From assembly GCA_965223865.1 (NCBI GenBank), contig OZ245020.1, positions 64,001-128,000 on the forward strand: a stretch of DNA of 64,000 nucleotides, in the 5' to 3' direction. Source of the DNA: Nitrosarchaeum sp. Its GTDB lineage: Archaea > Thermoproteota > Nitrososphaeria > Nitrososphaerales > Nitrosopumilaceae. A program made the translations under genes and the position numbers. A model generated the notes under the pieces. It searched no databases, was not told the DNA's origin, and saw only the letters and a list, made by a program, of their open reading frames with translations. This document shows, piece by piece, positions 20,394 through 29,279 of the stretch (within the stretch, counting starts at the first letter, position 1; each line of letters begins with the position of its first letter).

Positions 20394-21509
20394 TCACTTT
20401 GGGAGTTTAGTTTCAAACTTTGACCATTTGTTTGCTTTTTCCAGTTGGTTGTACCAATATTGGTTATAGTGTTCAACCGTTAAAAACAAAAATTCTAAAA
20501 ATTCTTTATGTGTAAAGTCTTCAGGTAACAATTCAAGTGCCAAACGTGCATCCTGTAGGAACAAATTACTTTTTGCAAGTGTAATTTTAAATCCTTTTTT
20601 TACATCATTTGATAATAATGAATAGTAAAGGGGCCATGAAGGGATTTTTACAAAACCATTTTTGATAGAATCCTCGATTTCATTTCCACATCCAACACCT
20701 TCTGCTGCTCTTGCCATTCCCAAATAGAAAATTTCACCAAGAGGTCGTTCAGCAAGCGCCATATTTCTTCCAGCAGTTCCCATTACAGCACGATATTTTT
20801 TGTATGACAAGTTCATTTCTTCTTCAGTAATTGTTGTTGGTTTTGATTTTAATTTCTCATCAAGGTATTGACCAATTCTTGCATCCTTGAATCCTTCTTC
20901 AAATTCTTTGAGAACGTGATCACCACCTTTAGAAATCTTATCTCTAGCAAGTTTCAAAATGTAGGGATTCATCAATTTGTAATCATCAAGATAATCTAAA
21001 TCTTCATCTTTATCTACAATCCTATCCATTGGTTCACTAAGGTCAATTGCTAAAATATGACCTTCTACCATATCTTGTTTTAATTGAGAATCTTTTCTTC
21101 CTGTATACTCTGCGGCGCCATCAAATAATGCATTAAACACAGGAAATGTCATTTTTACAAAATTAGAATTTAAAATACGCAAAACTCTGTCTTTTAATAC
21201 ATCAGGATTTTCTAGTTTTGACTTGATGGAATCAATCTCTGATGCTGGCAAAATAATTTCAGTAGAACCAATTTCTTCACCAAATGCTTGTTGTGTAGAA
21301 TTTGGAGAAGTATCAGATTTAATTTCTTGTAGTAAACCTGTTACAAATCTTTCAGTGAAATTTGGGAATTCGTTTTCAGTTTCTTCTTTGTATTTGTTAA
21401 ATAATTTGTAACCTTTTGATTTGAATAAGCCTTGCCTCATTATTTGTTTTCCAGGTTTTGTACTCATCAAAGCTTCTTTACTAACAACAGATTGATCTTT
21501 TCCACTCAC
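20394..21509 (-). CDS. Hypothetical protein, possibly a degenerate prenyltransferase fold
   Basis: 371-aa ORF coupled to rfcL; see findings. Confidence 0.8.
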   Translation of the reverse strand: MSGKDQSVVSKEALMSTKPGKQIMRQGLFKSKGYKLFNKYKEETENEFPNFTERFVTGLLQEIKSDTSPNSTQQAFGEEIGSTEIILPASEIDSIKSKLENPDVLKDRVLRILNSNFVKMTFPVFNALFDGAAEYTGRKDSQLKQDMVEGHILAIDLSEPMDRIVDKDEDLDYLDDYKLMNPYILKLARDKISKGGDHVLKEFEEGFKDARIGQYLDEKLKSKPTTITEEEMNLSYKKYRAVMGTAGRNMALAERPLGEIFYLGMARAAEGVGCGNEIEDSIKNGFVKIPSWPLYYSLLSNDVKKGFKITLAKSNLFLQDARLALELLPEDFTHKEFLEFLFLTVEHYNQYWYNQLEKANKWSKFETKLPK

Positions 21510-21594
21510 AAACGATGACTTGTTTCTTGATATTTATGCTTTCAAATTTTTAAAACATATTTCACTTAAATTACGAGAATAGAAATTATGAACC

Positions 21595-22392
21595 ATGGAG
21601 GTTATTGAAATTTTACGGGAAGCCTCAAAAAAAATTCATGAAAATGTAAAAGATTTGGCAGGAACTGAAAATGCAGCCGGTGATTTTGGTAGAGGTGCAG
21701 GAGGAGATATTTCACGAAATATAGACATTATCGCTGAAAAAACTGTTTTAGATTATCTAAAGGAAATTGAATTTGAATGTGTTGTTTTAGGGGAGGAATG
21801 TGGAAGAATAGAATTATCTGAAAATCCAAAAGGATTTGTCATAATGGATGCAATAGATGGTTCTGCAAATGCTGTAAGAGGGGTACCATTTTTCTGCAGC
21901 TCCCTTGCATTTGCGACTGAAGACAGACTAAGTTCCATTACAGATGGAGTCATCACCAATCTTTCAAATGGAGAGGTATATTGGGCATCAAAAAACAAAG
22001 GTGCATTCTTGAATGATTCTAAAATTCAAGTTCATGACAAGGATCCAATTTACAAGATAGTAGGAATAAACACCTCAGGTGCTACTACCAACCTAATGAA
22101 AAAGCTTCATCCCATATTTGAGCAACATAACCACACAAGACATTTTGGAGCAAATGCATTAGAGATGGCTTTGTTTGCAAGAGGATTTATGGATATTTTT
22201 ATTGATTTGAGAAATAAAATTAGAATACAAGATATAGCAGCAGGGTATTTGATTGTAAAAGAAGCTGGGGGATTGCTTTTAGATTCAGAATTAAGACCTC
22301 TTGATGCAGACCTCAGCTACGAAACAAGATTATCTTTTATTGCAGCTGCAAATCAAAAGATCTTAGATGAAATTTTTTCACAAATAAAATAG
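21595..22392 (+). CDS. Inositol monophosphatase / fructose-1,6-bisphosphatase (FIG family)
   Basis: GEE, DAIDGS.N, DIAAG. Confidence 0.92.
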   Translation: MEVIEILREASKKIHENVKDLAGTENAAGDFGRGAGGDISRNIDIIAEKTVLDYLKEIEFECVVLGEECGRIELSENPKGFVIMDAIDGSANAVRGVPFFCSSLAFATEDRLSSITDGVITNLSNGEVYWASKNKGAFLNDSKIQVHDKDPIYKIVGINTSGATTNLMKKLHPIFEQHNHTRHFGANALEMALFARGFMDIFIDLRNKIRIQDIAAGYLIVKEAGGLLLDSELRPLDADLSYETRLSFIAAANQKILDEIFSQIK

Positions 22393-22434
22393 TATAGTTA
22401 CAAATTTTGAATTTGAAATTATAGTTTTTGCAAA

Positions 22435-23274
22435 CTAGCCATAAGACTCGTATTTTATTTCGTAGCTTCCATCTGGATGTTTATCATCTTTTGTAACAAA
22501 CCCCTTTGGTCCTAAATTTGAAATTACACCATCTATCAGACCTTGATAACCACAAATGTAGATTTTTGAATTTTGAGGAGTTACTTCTTCTCCAACTAGT
22601 TCATCTATTGGAGAGACACCTTGTTTATTTGGTTTAAACCATGATTCAACTCGTCCAACATGACCGTTCCATGACCTATTAAAGAATTCTTTTGGTCTAC
22701 TAATTGCAGGTCCATATATGAAGTTCCATTCGTCTTTGCCTCTTTCAATGCTCTCATTTTGAAGATCAGTAAAAAGACGTTTGTAACTTAATTCATCAAC
22801 ATAACTCGCACCATGTAAAACAACAATTTGGCGTTTATCTCCTGTATCATGAAAATGTTTTGCATATGCAACAAAAGGTGCAATTCCTGTTCCACCACCA
22901 ACGCATATGATTCGTCTCATATCAGGTTCTCCATTAGGCAGCTTATCATCAATTAGCAATTCCTGACCGGTTGGAGCACCTAAAGAAACTTCATCCCCAA
23001 CATTTGCATAAAACAACTCAGTCGTTACTCTACCAGGTAGTGGTTTTCTAACCCATCTAATCACAAATTCAAAATAATCACGGTTCTCTGCGTGTGATGC
23101 AATAGAATATGCTCTCCTAACGACCTTTTGCTCTGAAGGAATTGGTACACCTATTGTAAGAAATTGGCCTGTTTTGTATTCTGGCATACCACTATCAGGA
23201 ACTATTCGAATCACAACAAGATCTTCTCTTAATAATTCCATGTAGGTAATCTTTGCCTTGGTCTCAGATACCAT
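22435..23274 (-). CDS. Ferredoxin-NADP+ reductase (paralog 1)
   Basis: RAYSIAS, GGTGIAP, YICG. Confidence 0.92.
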   Translation of the reverse strand: MVSETKAKITYMELLREDLVVIRIVPDSGMPEYKTGQFLTIGVPIPSEQKVVRRAYSIASHAENRDYFEFVIRWVRKPLPGRVTTELFYANVGDEVSLGAPTGQELLIDDKLPNGEPDMRRIICVGGGTGIAPFVAYAKHFHDTGDKRQIVVLHGASYVDELSYKRLFTDLQNESIERGKDEWNFIYGPAISRPKEFFNRSWNGHVGRVESWFKPNKQGVSPIDELVGEEVTPQNSKIYICGYQGLIDGVISNLGPKGFVTKDDKHPDGSYEIKYESYG

Positions 23275-23471
23275 ACAGAATAAATTACCCGACTTTGGAT
23301 AAATGTATTTCTCTTGAATTTCAGATCAAAATAATCTTAAATTCAATTTGGAAACTCTGTTTTAAATTCAAGAATAACCAAAATTTTCATTAGAATAGTT
23401 GATTGAATTGTTCCTTATCACTAGGATGATAGAACCTTTTAATTTTTATATTCAATATATTTATGATAATT

Positions 23472-23633
23472 GTGGCAAGACTAAGATGTAATGATTATGG
23501 TTTTGAATGTGAATTCGTAGCTGAAGGTGAAATTGAACCAGTTATTGAGGAATTTGCTAAACATACTGAAGAAGTGCATGGAATAGATTATTCTAGAGAG
23601 GCTTTGATGCAGTTTATCCTTAGACAGGGTTAA
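23472..23633 (+). CDS. DUF1059-type small metal-binding protein (not in ORF track)
   Basis: (M)ARLRCNDYGFECEFVAEG...FAKHTEEVHG: C-x6-C...H-x4-H pattern; in-frame ATG also at 23463. Confidence 0.85.
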   Translation: MARLRCNDYGFECEFVAEGEIEPVIEEFAKHTEEVHGIDYSREALMQFILRQG

Positions 23634-23663
23634 TTTTGAAAATTTTGTTTTTTTAAAATTTGT

Positions 23664-24731
23664 TTATATTCTTTTCATCGTAGCTGATAAAACAGGTAAT
23701 TCTTTTGCAATAATTTTTTCTACAGCAGGTACAATACCAGATCGTGCTTTAACGTTCTCATCATAAATCTCCGCTACTTGATCCCTAAACAACAATTTGA
23801 TTCCAGGTAGGGCAGTTATTCCTTCTTCAACTGCTCTAGGATCTGAAATGTCTAAAATCAAAGTTCCTTTCTTCTTTTCTTCCATTACCAATTTAATTCT
23901 GTCATAAGTAATCAAAAAGTAATCAGCAGTAGTTGCAATAATAATTATATCAAATTTATCAAATCCAGCTAAAACATCTTCAAATGCAATAGGTTTACCT
24001 CCAAGAATTTGTGAGAAGTTTGTGGCACGCTCAATTGTTCTACTAGTTACTTCAAATGGGATTTGTTTCGTGTTCAAAGTTTTAGCAACCATTGCAGCAG
24101 GCTCACCGGTACCAATGAGCAAAATTTTCTTCTTTGCGTCAAGGCCAGCTTTTTCATCTACTAGTTTTAGGGCCACATCACCTATGGATACAACATCTTT
24201 ACTTATTTCAGTGGAATCTCTAATAGATGTTGTAAGTCTAATTACACTTTCAAATAATTTGTTGAGGATTTTTCCAGAAAATTCTTTTTGTTTTGCATTT
24301 GCAAGAGATTCCTTTATCTCATCAAATATTTCCTGTTTTCCAACTACAACAGAATCAAGTCCGCAAGACAATCGTAGTAAATGAAGATAGACATCGTCTC
24401 CTTTGTAAACTTCTAATGTTTGATCAAAGTGATCAATATCATTTGGTTCTAGTGTAGAATGTTGTTCCCACATTTCTTTTATCTTGTTTAAGATTAGAAC
24501 TTTTCCTTCAGCTCTTCTTACATCTGGACTATCAGTTTCAACATTGCTTACCGTAAAAATTTCGACTCTGCTAGCAGTTTGAATTATTATGCACTCATCA
24601 ACACCTGGAATAGTTTTGAAAGCTTCACATGCCGCATTTACATCTTTGAATGCAAACCTAGCTAGTGCATGTAATGGAATATTTTTGAAAGTCACTCGTG
24701 CATTTAAAACATCAAATTTTACTTCGCTCAT
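23664..24731 (-). CDS. Glutamyl-tRNA reductase (HemA)-like protein lacking the catalytic Cys
   Basis: QTASRVE in place of STCNR.E; HLLRLSCGLDS; Rossmann IGTGE; LDISDPR. Confidence 0.85.
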   Translation of the reverse strand: MSEVKFDVLNARVTFKNIPLHALARFAFKDVNAACEAFKTIPGVDECIIIQTASRVEIFTVSNVETDSPDVRRAEGKVLILNKIKEMWEQHSTLEPNDIDHFDQTLEVYKGDDVYLHLLRLSCGLDSVVVGKQEIFDEIKESLANAKQKEFSGKILNKLFESVIRLTTSIRDSTEISKDVVSIGDVALKLVDEKAGLDAKKKILLIGTGEPAAMVAKTLNTKQIPFEVTSRTIERATNFSQILGGKPIAFEDVLAGFDKFDIIIIATTADYFLITYDRIKLVMEEKKKGTLILDISDPRAVEEGITALPGIKLLFRDQVAEIYDENVKARSGIVPAVEKIIAKELPVLSATMKRI

Positions 24732-24742
24732 GATATCACCAT

Positions 24743-25450
24743 CTATGTTTTTCCTTTACTTCTTCCACCTTTAGCAGTTCGAAAAACATTCATTCCAAGA
24801 TAAAAGTTTTCATGTAAAGATTCTAAATAGGCAAGATCATTTTCAGCATCTTTAATTTCTTTTTCAGTTGATTCAGGATCCTGTTTAATTCTTGCAAGTT
24901 TTTGTCGTGTTTCCTCTAAAAAGTTACCAACTCCGGATTCATAATTTGATACACCTCCAAATTCTGGACTAAGGATGTGTTCTGGATTGTATTCAGGAGT
25001 GTTATCAACTGGGATTTCAGCTTTTTTAGTAAGTGCTTCTTGTTGTTCGGCAGATAATATTGGAACTGGGAATCGATCTTTTTTATCCAACCAAAATTCT
25101 GGTTCACCCATATCCCTTCTAAAAATAACTTCACTTGATCTCTTGTCAGTGTATTCAGATGGTTTTGCTGCTTCAGCCTTTACCTCTTCGGCTATTGCTT
25201 TGTATTCAGCTTCTGCTGCTTTTTCAGCAGCAGCTTTGAGTTCTTCAGCTTTTGCTAATGCTGCTTTTGCTGCAGCCTCTGCCTCTTCAGCTGCTTTTGC
25301 AGCTTTTGCTGCTTCTTCAATGGCGTTGTTTGCTACTGCGGTCTGGTCAGCCTGTATGTTTTCATTAGTTTCTGACTTAGTTTCCTTTTCTGATGCTGAA
25401 TTCACTGCTGGTTTTTCTTTAACTTCAGTTTCTTTTTTTTCTTCAGACAT
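24743..25450 (-). CDS. Hypothetical protein with Ala/Glu/Lys-rich helical linker
   Basis: EEAAKAAKAAEEAEAAAKA stretch plus a globular-looking C-terminus. Confidence 0.75.
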   Translation of the reverse strand: MSEEKKETEVKEKPAVNSASEKETKSETNENIQADQTAVANNAIEEAAKAAKAAEEAEAAAKAALAKAEELKAAAEKAAEAEYKAIAEEVKAEAAKPSEYTDKRSSEVIFRRDMGEPEFWLDKKDRFPVPILSAEQQEALTKKAEIPVDNTPEYNPEHILSPEFGGVSNYESGVGNFLEETRQKLARIKQDPESTEKEIKDAENDLAYLESLHENFYLGMNVFRTAKGGRSKGKT

Positions 25451-25639
25451 CAAATTTTACTAAAATTGCCTGAATTTTAATATTCTTGTAAGCATAGGTG
25501 TAATTTTTAAAATTCTAACCAGAGTATGGCAAAAAAAGCTAATGGGATGATTTAGATCGTGTAATTGTTTGATATAATATACAGTTTTCCTAAATTAATT
25601 GATCGCAATCAGCAATGGTTATTTGAATTAAAGATAAAA

Positions 25640-25717
25640 TGGCGCCCTCGGCGGGATTTGAACACGCGTCTCAGCCGTGACAGGGCCGAATTCTAGACCG
25701 GGCTATACTACAAGGGC
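25640..25717 (-). tRNA. tRNA-Asp(GTC), CCA encoded
   Basis: GCCCTTG...CGGCC-CTGTCAC-GGCTG...TTCAAAT...CGAGGGC-G-CCA. Confidence 0.95.
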
Positions 25718-25813
25718 ATGAATTTTTTGAAGCAGATTGCCAGATTAAAAGTTTCTGTCAAAAAAAAATATTTTGTAAAAGACTAAATTATACACGGCAA
25801 GCATTTTTTGTGA

Positions 25814-25887
25814 GGGTCTATGGCGCAGCCAGGTAGCGCACCGGACTTTTAATCCGGTTGTCAAGGGTCCGAATCCCTTTAGACCCG
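25814..25887 (+). tRNA. tRNA-Lys(TTT)
   Basis: GGGTCTA/TAGACCC acceptor; CCGGA-CTTTTAA-TCCGG anticodon arm. Confidence 0.94.
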
Positions 25888-25902
25888 CTACTTTTCTTTT
25901 AG

Positions 25903-27366
25903 TTATTGAATTATTTCATCAACTTTTTTTTGTAAGTCTTCTAGAGATAATTGGATTTTATTTTCTCTTTTAGTAAGATCAGTTCTATAGTTATTGATTT
26001 TTTGAATTCTATCAGAAATCATTCGTTTTTGTTCACCATAACCTGATGAACCATATGATCCCCTCTCCTTTAGAGAGGAGATAACAGTTGTAGAAGAGAT
26101 TATGTTTGAAACTATTTTTGAATCTACGTTAGTACCATCTACAGATTTTTTTATTTCTGTTGAAGTTAATTTCGAAATTGGTTTTTTTGATTGATGTGCA
26201 AGTTGAACCAAACTACCTGCAATTTTATGCGTTACTCTAAATGGAATTCCTTCGCGGACTAATTTTTCAGCAATGTCTAGTGCAATAAGATTACTTGATT
26301 CTGTAACTTTTTTCATTTGTTTTTTATTTACTTTCAGTGTAAGAAACATTGGTTTTAAAATTAACAAAGCACTAATAGATATTTGCGATGTTGACCAAAT
26401 AGATGATTTTACTTGTTGCAAGTCACGACCATATCCTGAAGCTAATCCTTTGATAGCTGTTAAAATTGTTGTAAGGTTTCCAATAATTTCTGCTGTTTTG
26501 CCTCTAGTCAATTCTAAAATGTCTGGATTTTTCTTTTGAGGCATCACACTTGACGGAGAAGTAAATTCATCTGCCAATTCAATAAATGAAAATTCTGATG
26601 TAGACCAAATAACAAAGTCTTCTGCAATTTTACTGAGATTTGTCATCAAAATTGCAATTATTGAAACATATTCTGCTACAAAATCACGACTACTTGTAGC
26701 ATCAAGAGAATTTTCAATAATTCCATCAAACCCCAACATTGATGCAGTACTATGCCTGTCTATAGGAATACTTGTCCCTCCAACAGGTCCTGCCCCAAGA
26801 GGACTCTGATTTATATGGTTAAATGTAACATAAAGACGGTCAAGGTCTCTAAATAACACATCTGCGTGTGCAATCAAATAATGTGAGAATAAACCTGCTT
26901 GAGCTTGTTGTAGATGAGTGTAAAGTGGCATTATTGTGTTTTGATGATTCTTTGCAAGAGATACAAGTGCTTCGATTGTATCAAGCAAACAATTACACAA
27001 AATATTGATATCGTCTCGAATTTTCATTCTAATATCAAGTACAACTTGATCATTTCGTGAACGAGCAGTATGCATTTTTCCTCCACTTGCCATTCCAGCT
27101 TTTTTGATTACAAGAGTTTCAATTAGCTCATGAATGTCTTCAGCTTCAGATGACGTATCAAATTTTTCATTTTTGAGATCATTTAATGTTGTAAGAATTT
27201 TTTTTGCATCATTTTTTGAAATGATCTGATTTTCATATAGCATTAAAACATGAGCTTGACTTCCAAGAATATCATAAAGCGCAATTTCAAAATCATCTTT
27301 AATGGATGAGACATAATCCAAAGTAATATCACTTAAATCATTGCCAAGACGTGAACGATACATCAT
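25903..27366 (-). CDS. argH: Argininosuccinate lyase
   Basis: EDIHE, HTARSRNDQ, YTHLQQAQ, SSVMPQKKNPD. Confidence 0.97.
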   Translation of the reverse strand: MMYRSRLGNDLSDITLDYVSSIKDDFEIALYDILGSQAHVLMLYENQIISKNDAKKILTTLNDLKNEKFDTSSEAEDIHELIETLVIKKAGMASGGKMHTARSRNDQVVLDIRMKIRDDINILCNCLLDTIEALVSLAKNHQNTIMPLYTHLQQAQAGLFSHYLIAHADVLFRDLDRLYVTFNHINQSPLGAGPVGGTSIPIDRHSTASMLGFDGIIENSLDATSSRDFVAEYVSIIAILMTNLSKIAEDFVIWSTSEFSFIELADEFTSPSSVMPQKKNPDILELTRGKTAEIIGNLTTILTAIKGLASGYGRDLQQVKSSIWSTSQISISALLILKPMFLTLKVNKKQMKKVTESSNLIALDIAEKLVREGIPFRVTHKIAGSLVQLAHQSKKPISKLTSTEIKKSVDGTNVDSKIVSNIISSTTVISSLKERGSYGSSGYGEQKRMISDRIQKINNYRTDLTKRENKIQLSLEDLQKKVDEIIQ

Positions 27367-27412
27367 CTAAGGTTCTAGAATGGTTATATATAGCATCGAC
27401 GCTTTTGCTCAC

Positions 27413-27730
27413 ATGAGTCAAGATATCAAACAGCTAAGAGTCAAAATTTTTGATGAATTATCAAAAATCGTAGATCCTGAAATTAATACATCAATTACAG
27501 ATTTAGAATTAATTGATGAAGTGGACATTAACAACAATGATGTTAAAGTAGATTTACATCTAACAAGTCCCTTTTGTCCTGCAGTTTTTGGATTTAAAAT
27601 CTGTCAAGATATTCATGATAATTTGCTGAAGGTTGATGGAATAAATGATGTAAAAGTTAATGTATCAAATCACTTTATGGCCGAACAGATTAACAATCAA
27701 GTTAACAACAGTCCAAATCCTAAAAAATAG
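27413..27730 (+). CDS. DUF59/SufT (MIP18-like) Fe-S cluster assembly protein
   Basis: DPE...LTSPFCP motif. Confidence 0.9.
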   Translation: MSQDIKQLRVKIFDELSKIVDPEINTSITDLELIDEVDINNNDVKVDLHLTSPFCPAVFGFKICQDIHDNLLKVDGINDVKVNVSNHFMAEQINNQVNNSPNPKK

Positions 27731-27732
27731 AA

Positions 27733-28497
27733 TTAACTTCTAAATCCTAGTAAGTATCCTCTAAGCAATTGAATTCCCATAGCAGGATCAACTCCTTTTG
27801 GACATACCTGACTACAAGAACCAGCAAAATGACATCTCCAAATTCCGTGAGAATCATCAATTATCTTTAATCTGCTATCTTTTCCTTTGTCCCTGCTATC
27901 AGCAACGTATCTGTATGCTTGAGCCAAAGCCTGTGGTCCAACAAATGAGGAATCAGTTGCCATGGTTGGACATGCAGAGTTACACAAACCACATTTGATA
28001 CAGTTGGAAAATTGGATGAATTGTTCTAATTCTTCTGGTGATTGTAGCAATTCTTTGGTCTCGGTTGTTATTTCGGTATCATCTCTAATCAGATATGGTT
28101 TTACTTTATGATGAGTATCAAATAATCTATCAAATCTAACTGCTAAATCTCGAATAATTGGAAAGTTATGCATTGGTTCTACTGTTACAACATCAGAGTT
28201 TAGTTCAGACACTTTGGTAAAACATGCTAGTCTAGGTTTTCCATTTATTACCATACCACAGGACCCACATGTTGCTTGTCTGCAAGAATATCTTACAGCA
28301 ACAGAATGGTCAAAGTGTTTTTTGACATCTAAAATTACTTCTAGCACAGTAGTCCATTTTTCAACAGGAACCTTAAACTCCATGAATTTTGTATCTGAAT
28401 CATTTTGAGGATTAAATCTTGCAATTCGTAACGTGATTGGTTTTGAAGAAACCGTAGTAGATATTTTTTCCTCTGCAATAGTAGATGTTTGAGCCAT
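27733..28497 (-). CDS. sdhB: Succinate dehydrogenase Fe-S subunit
   Basis: SCRQATCGSC, CIKCGLCNSACP, CHFAGSCSQVCP. Confidence 0.96.
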   Translation of the reverse strand: MAQTSTIAEEKISTTVSSKPITLRIARFNPQNDSDTKFMEFKVPVEKWTTVLEVILDVKKHFDHSVAVRYSCRQATCGSCGMVINGKPRLACFTKVSELNSDVVTVEPMHNFPIIRDLAVRFDRLFDTHHKVKPYLIRDDTEITTETKELLQSPEELEQFIQFSNCIKCGLCNSACPTMATDSSFVGPQALAQAYRYVADSRDKGKDSRLKIIDDSHGIWRCHFAGSCSQVCPKGVDPAMGIQLLRGYLLGFRS

Positions 28498-28498
28498 T

Positions 28499-28843
28499 CT
28501 ATACCATCCCCGTATTTACCATTATGATTGTTCTAGAACCATAAGCAATTAAACCAATCATTCCTGCAACACAACCATAAGAAACTGCTTTTTCGTATGT
28601 TCTACCCTGTTTTAATTCTAACAAAATTACTCTCAATCCGTTAAATCCATGAATTGATAATAATATCAAGATAATTTCCAATAGTCCCGCATATGGCAAA
28701 AATTGATAGTTTGCAATTACGTTTTCATATTCTAAAGATTCAGCAAATCCCTGGGTAAGACGCATGAGTATATGCACAGCTACTAATCCAATTGCTGCCA
28801 AAGCAGTTCCATAGTGAATTTTCATGATGTAGCTTTCTCTCAT
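28499..28843 (-). CDS. sdhD: Succinate dehydrogenase membrane anchor
   Basis: 3 TM helices, HGFNGLR. Confidence 0.88.
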   Translation of the reverse strand: MRESYIMKIHYGTALAAIGLVAVHILMRLTQGFAESLEYENVIANYQFLPYAGLLEIILILLSIHGFNGLRVILLELKQGRTYEKAVSYGCVAGMIGLIAYGSRTIIMVNTGMV

Positions 28844-28844
28844 T

Positions 28845-29279
28845 TTACTCACCAAACATTACGGCCATCCCGTACATCATTGCAATAGCAGCAAGGACAA
28901 TTGCAGAGTAAATTCCTATTTTGTGTCTAGCGTTTTGTGAAGCTGGCAAATATGGATAATCAGGTCTTGCTGGTTTTCCAACACCAATTCCACCATGTCC
29001 TAACATTACACGAATACCATTAACCGTATGAAATACACACATGCCAATTACCAATGTCAAAAACAAGTGTCCTTCGGTAGTCTGGGTCAAATCTAAAAAC
29101 TCGTCCCATCCAACTTCTCCTCGTAAAATATTGCTTGTTTCATAAATATGAGCAACAAAATATCCCAACAATCCCAAACCAGTTAATCGCATTAACCAGT
29201 AAGCTACTCTTTCAATACCATACCTACCAGGATTTGCCATCCCTCCAATTCCTTCTTTGTGTTCATCGTGTGGGTTCAT
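28845..29279 (-). CDS. sdhC: Succinate dehydrogenase cytochrome b subunit
   Basis: RLTG, HTVNGIR, 3 TM helices. Confidence 0.88.
   Translation of the reverse strand: MNPHDEHKEGIGGMANPGRYGIERVAYWLMRLTGLGLLGYFVAHIYETSNILRGEVGWDEFLDLTQTTEGHLFLTLVIGMCVFHTVNGIRVMLGHGGIGVGKPARPDYPYLPASQNARHKIGIYSAIVLAAIAMMYGMAVMFGE

Noticed and set aside
25160-25325. GCT/GCA-rich quasi-tandem repeat and 162-aa plus-strand ORF
   Set aside because: Explained by the Ala/Glu/Lys-rich coding region on the minus strand; not a DNA repeat array
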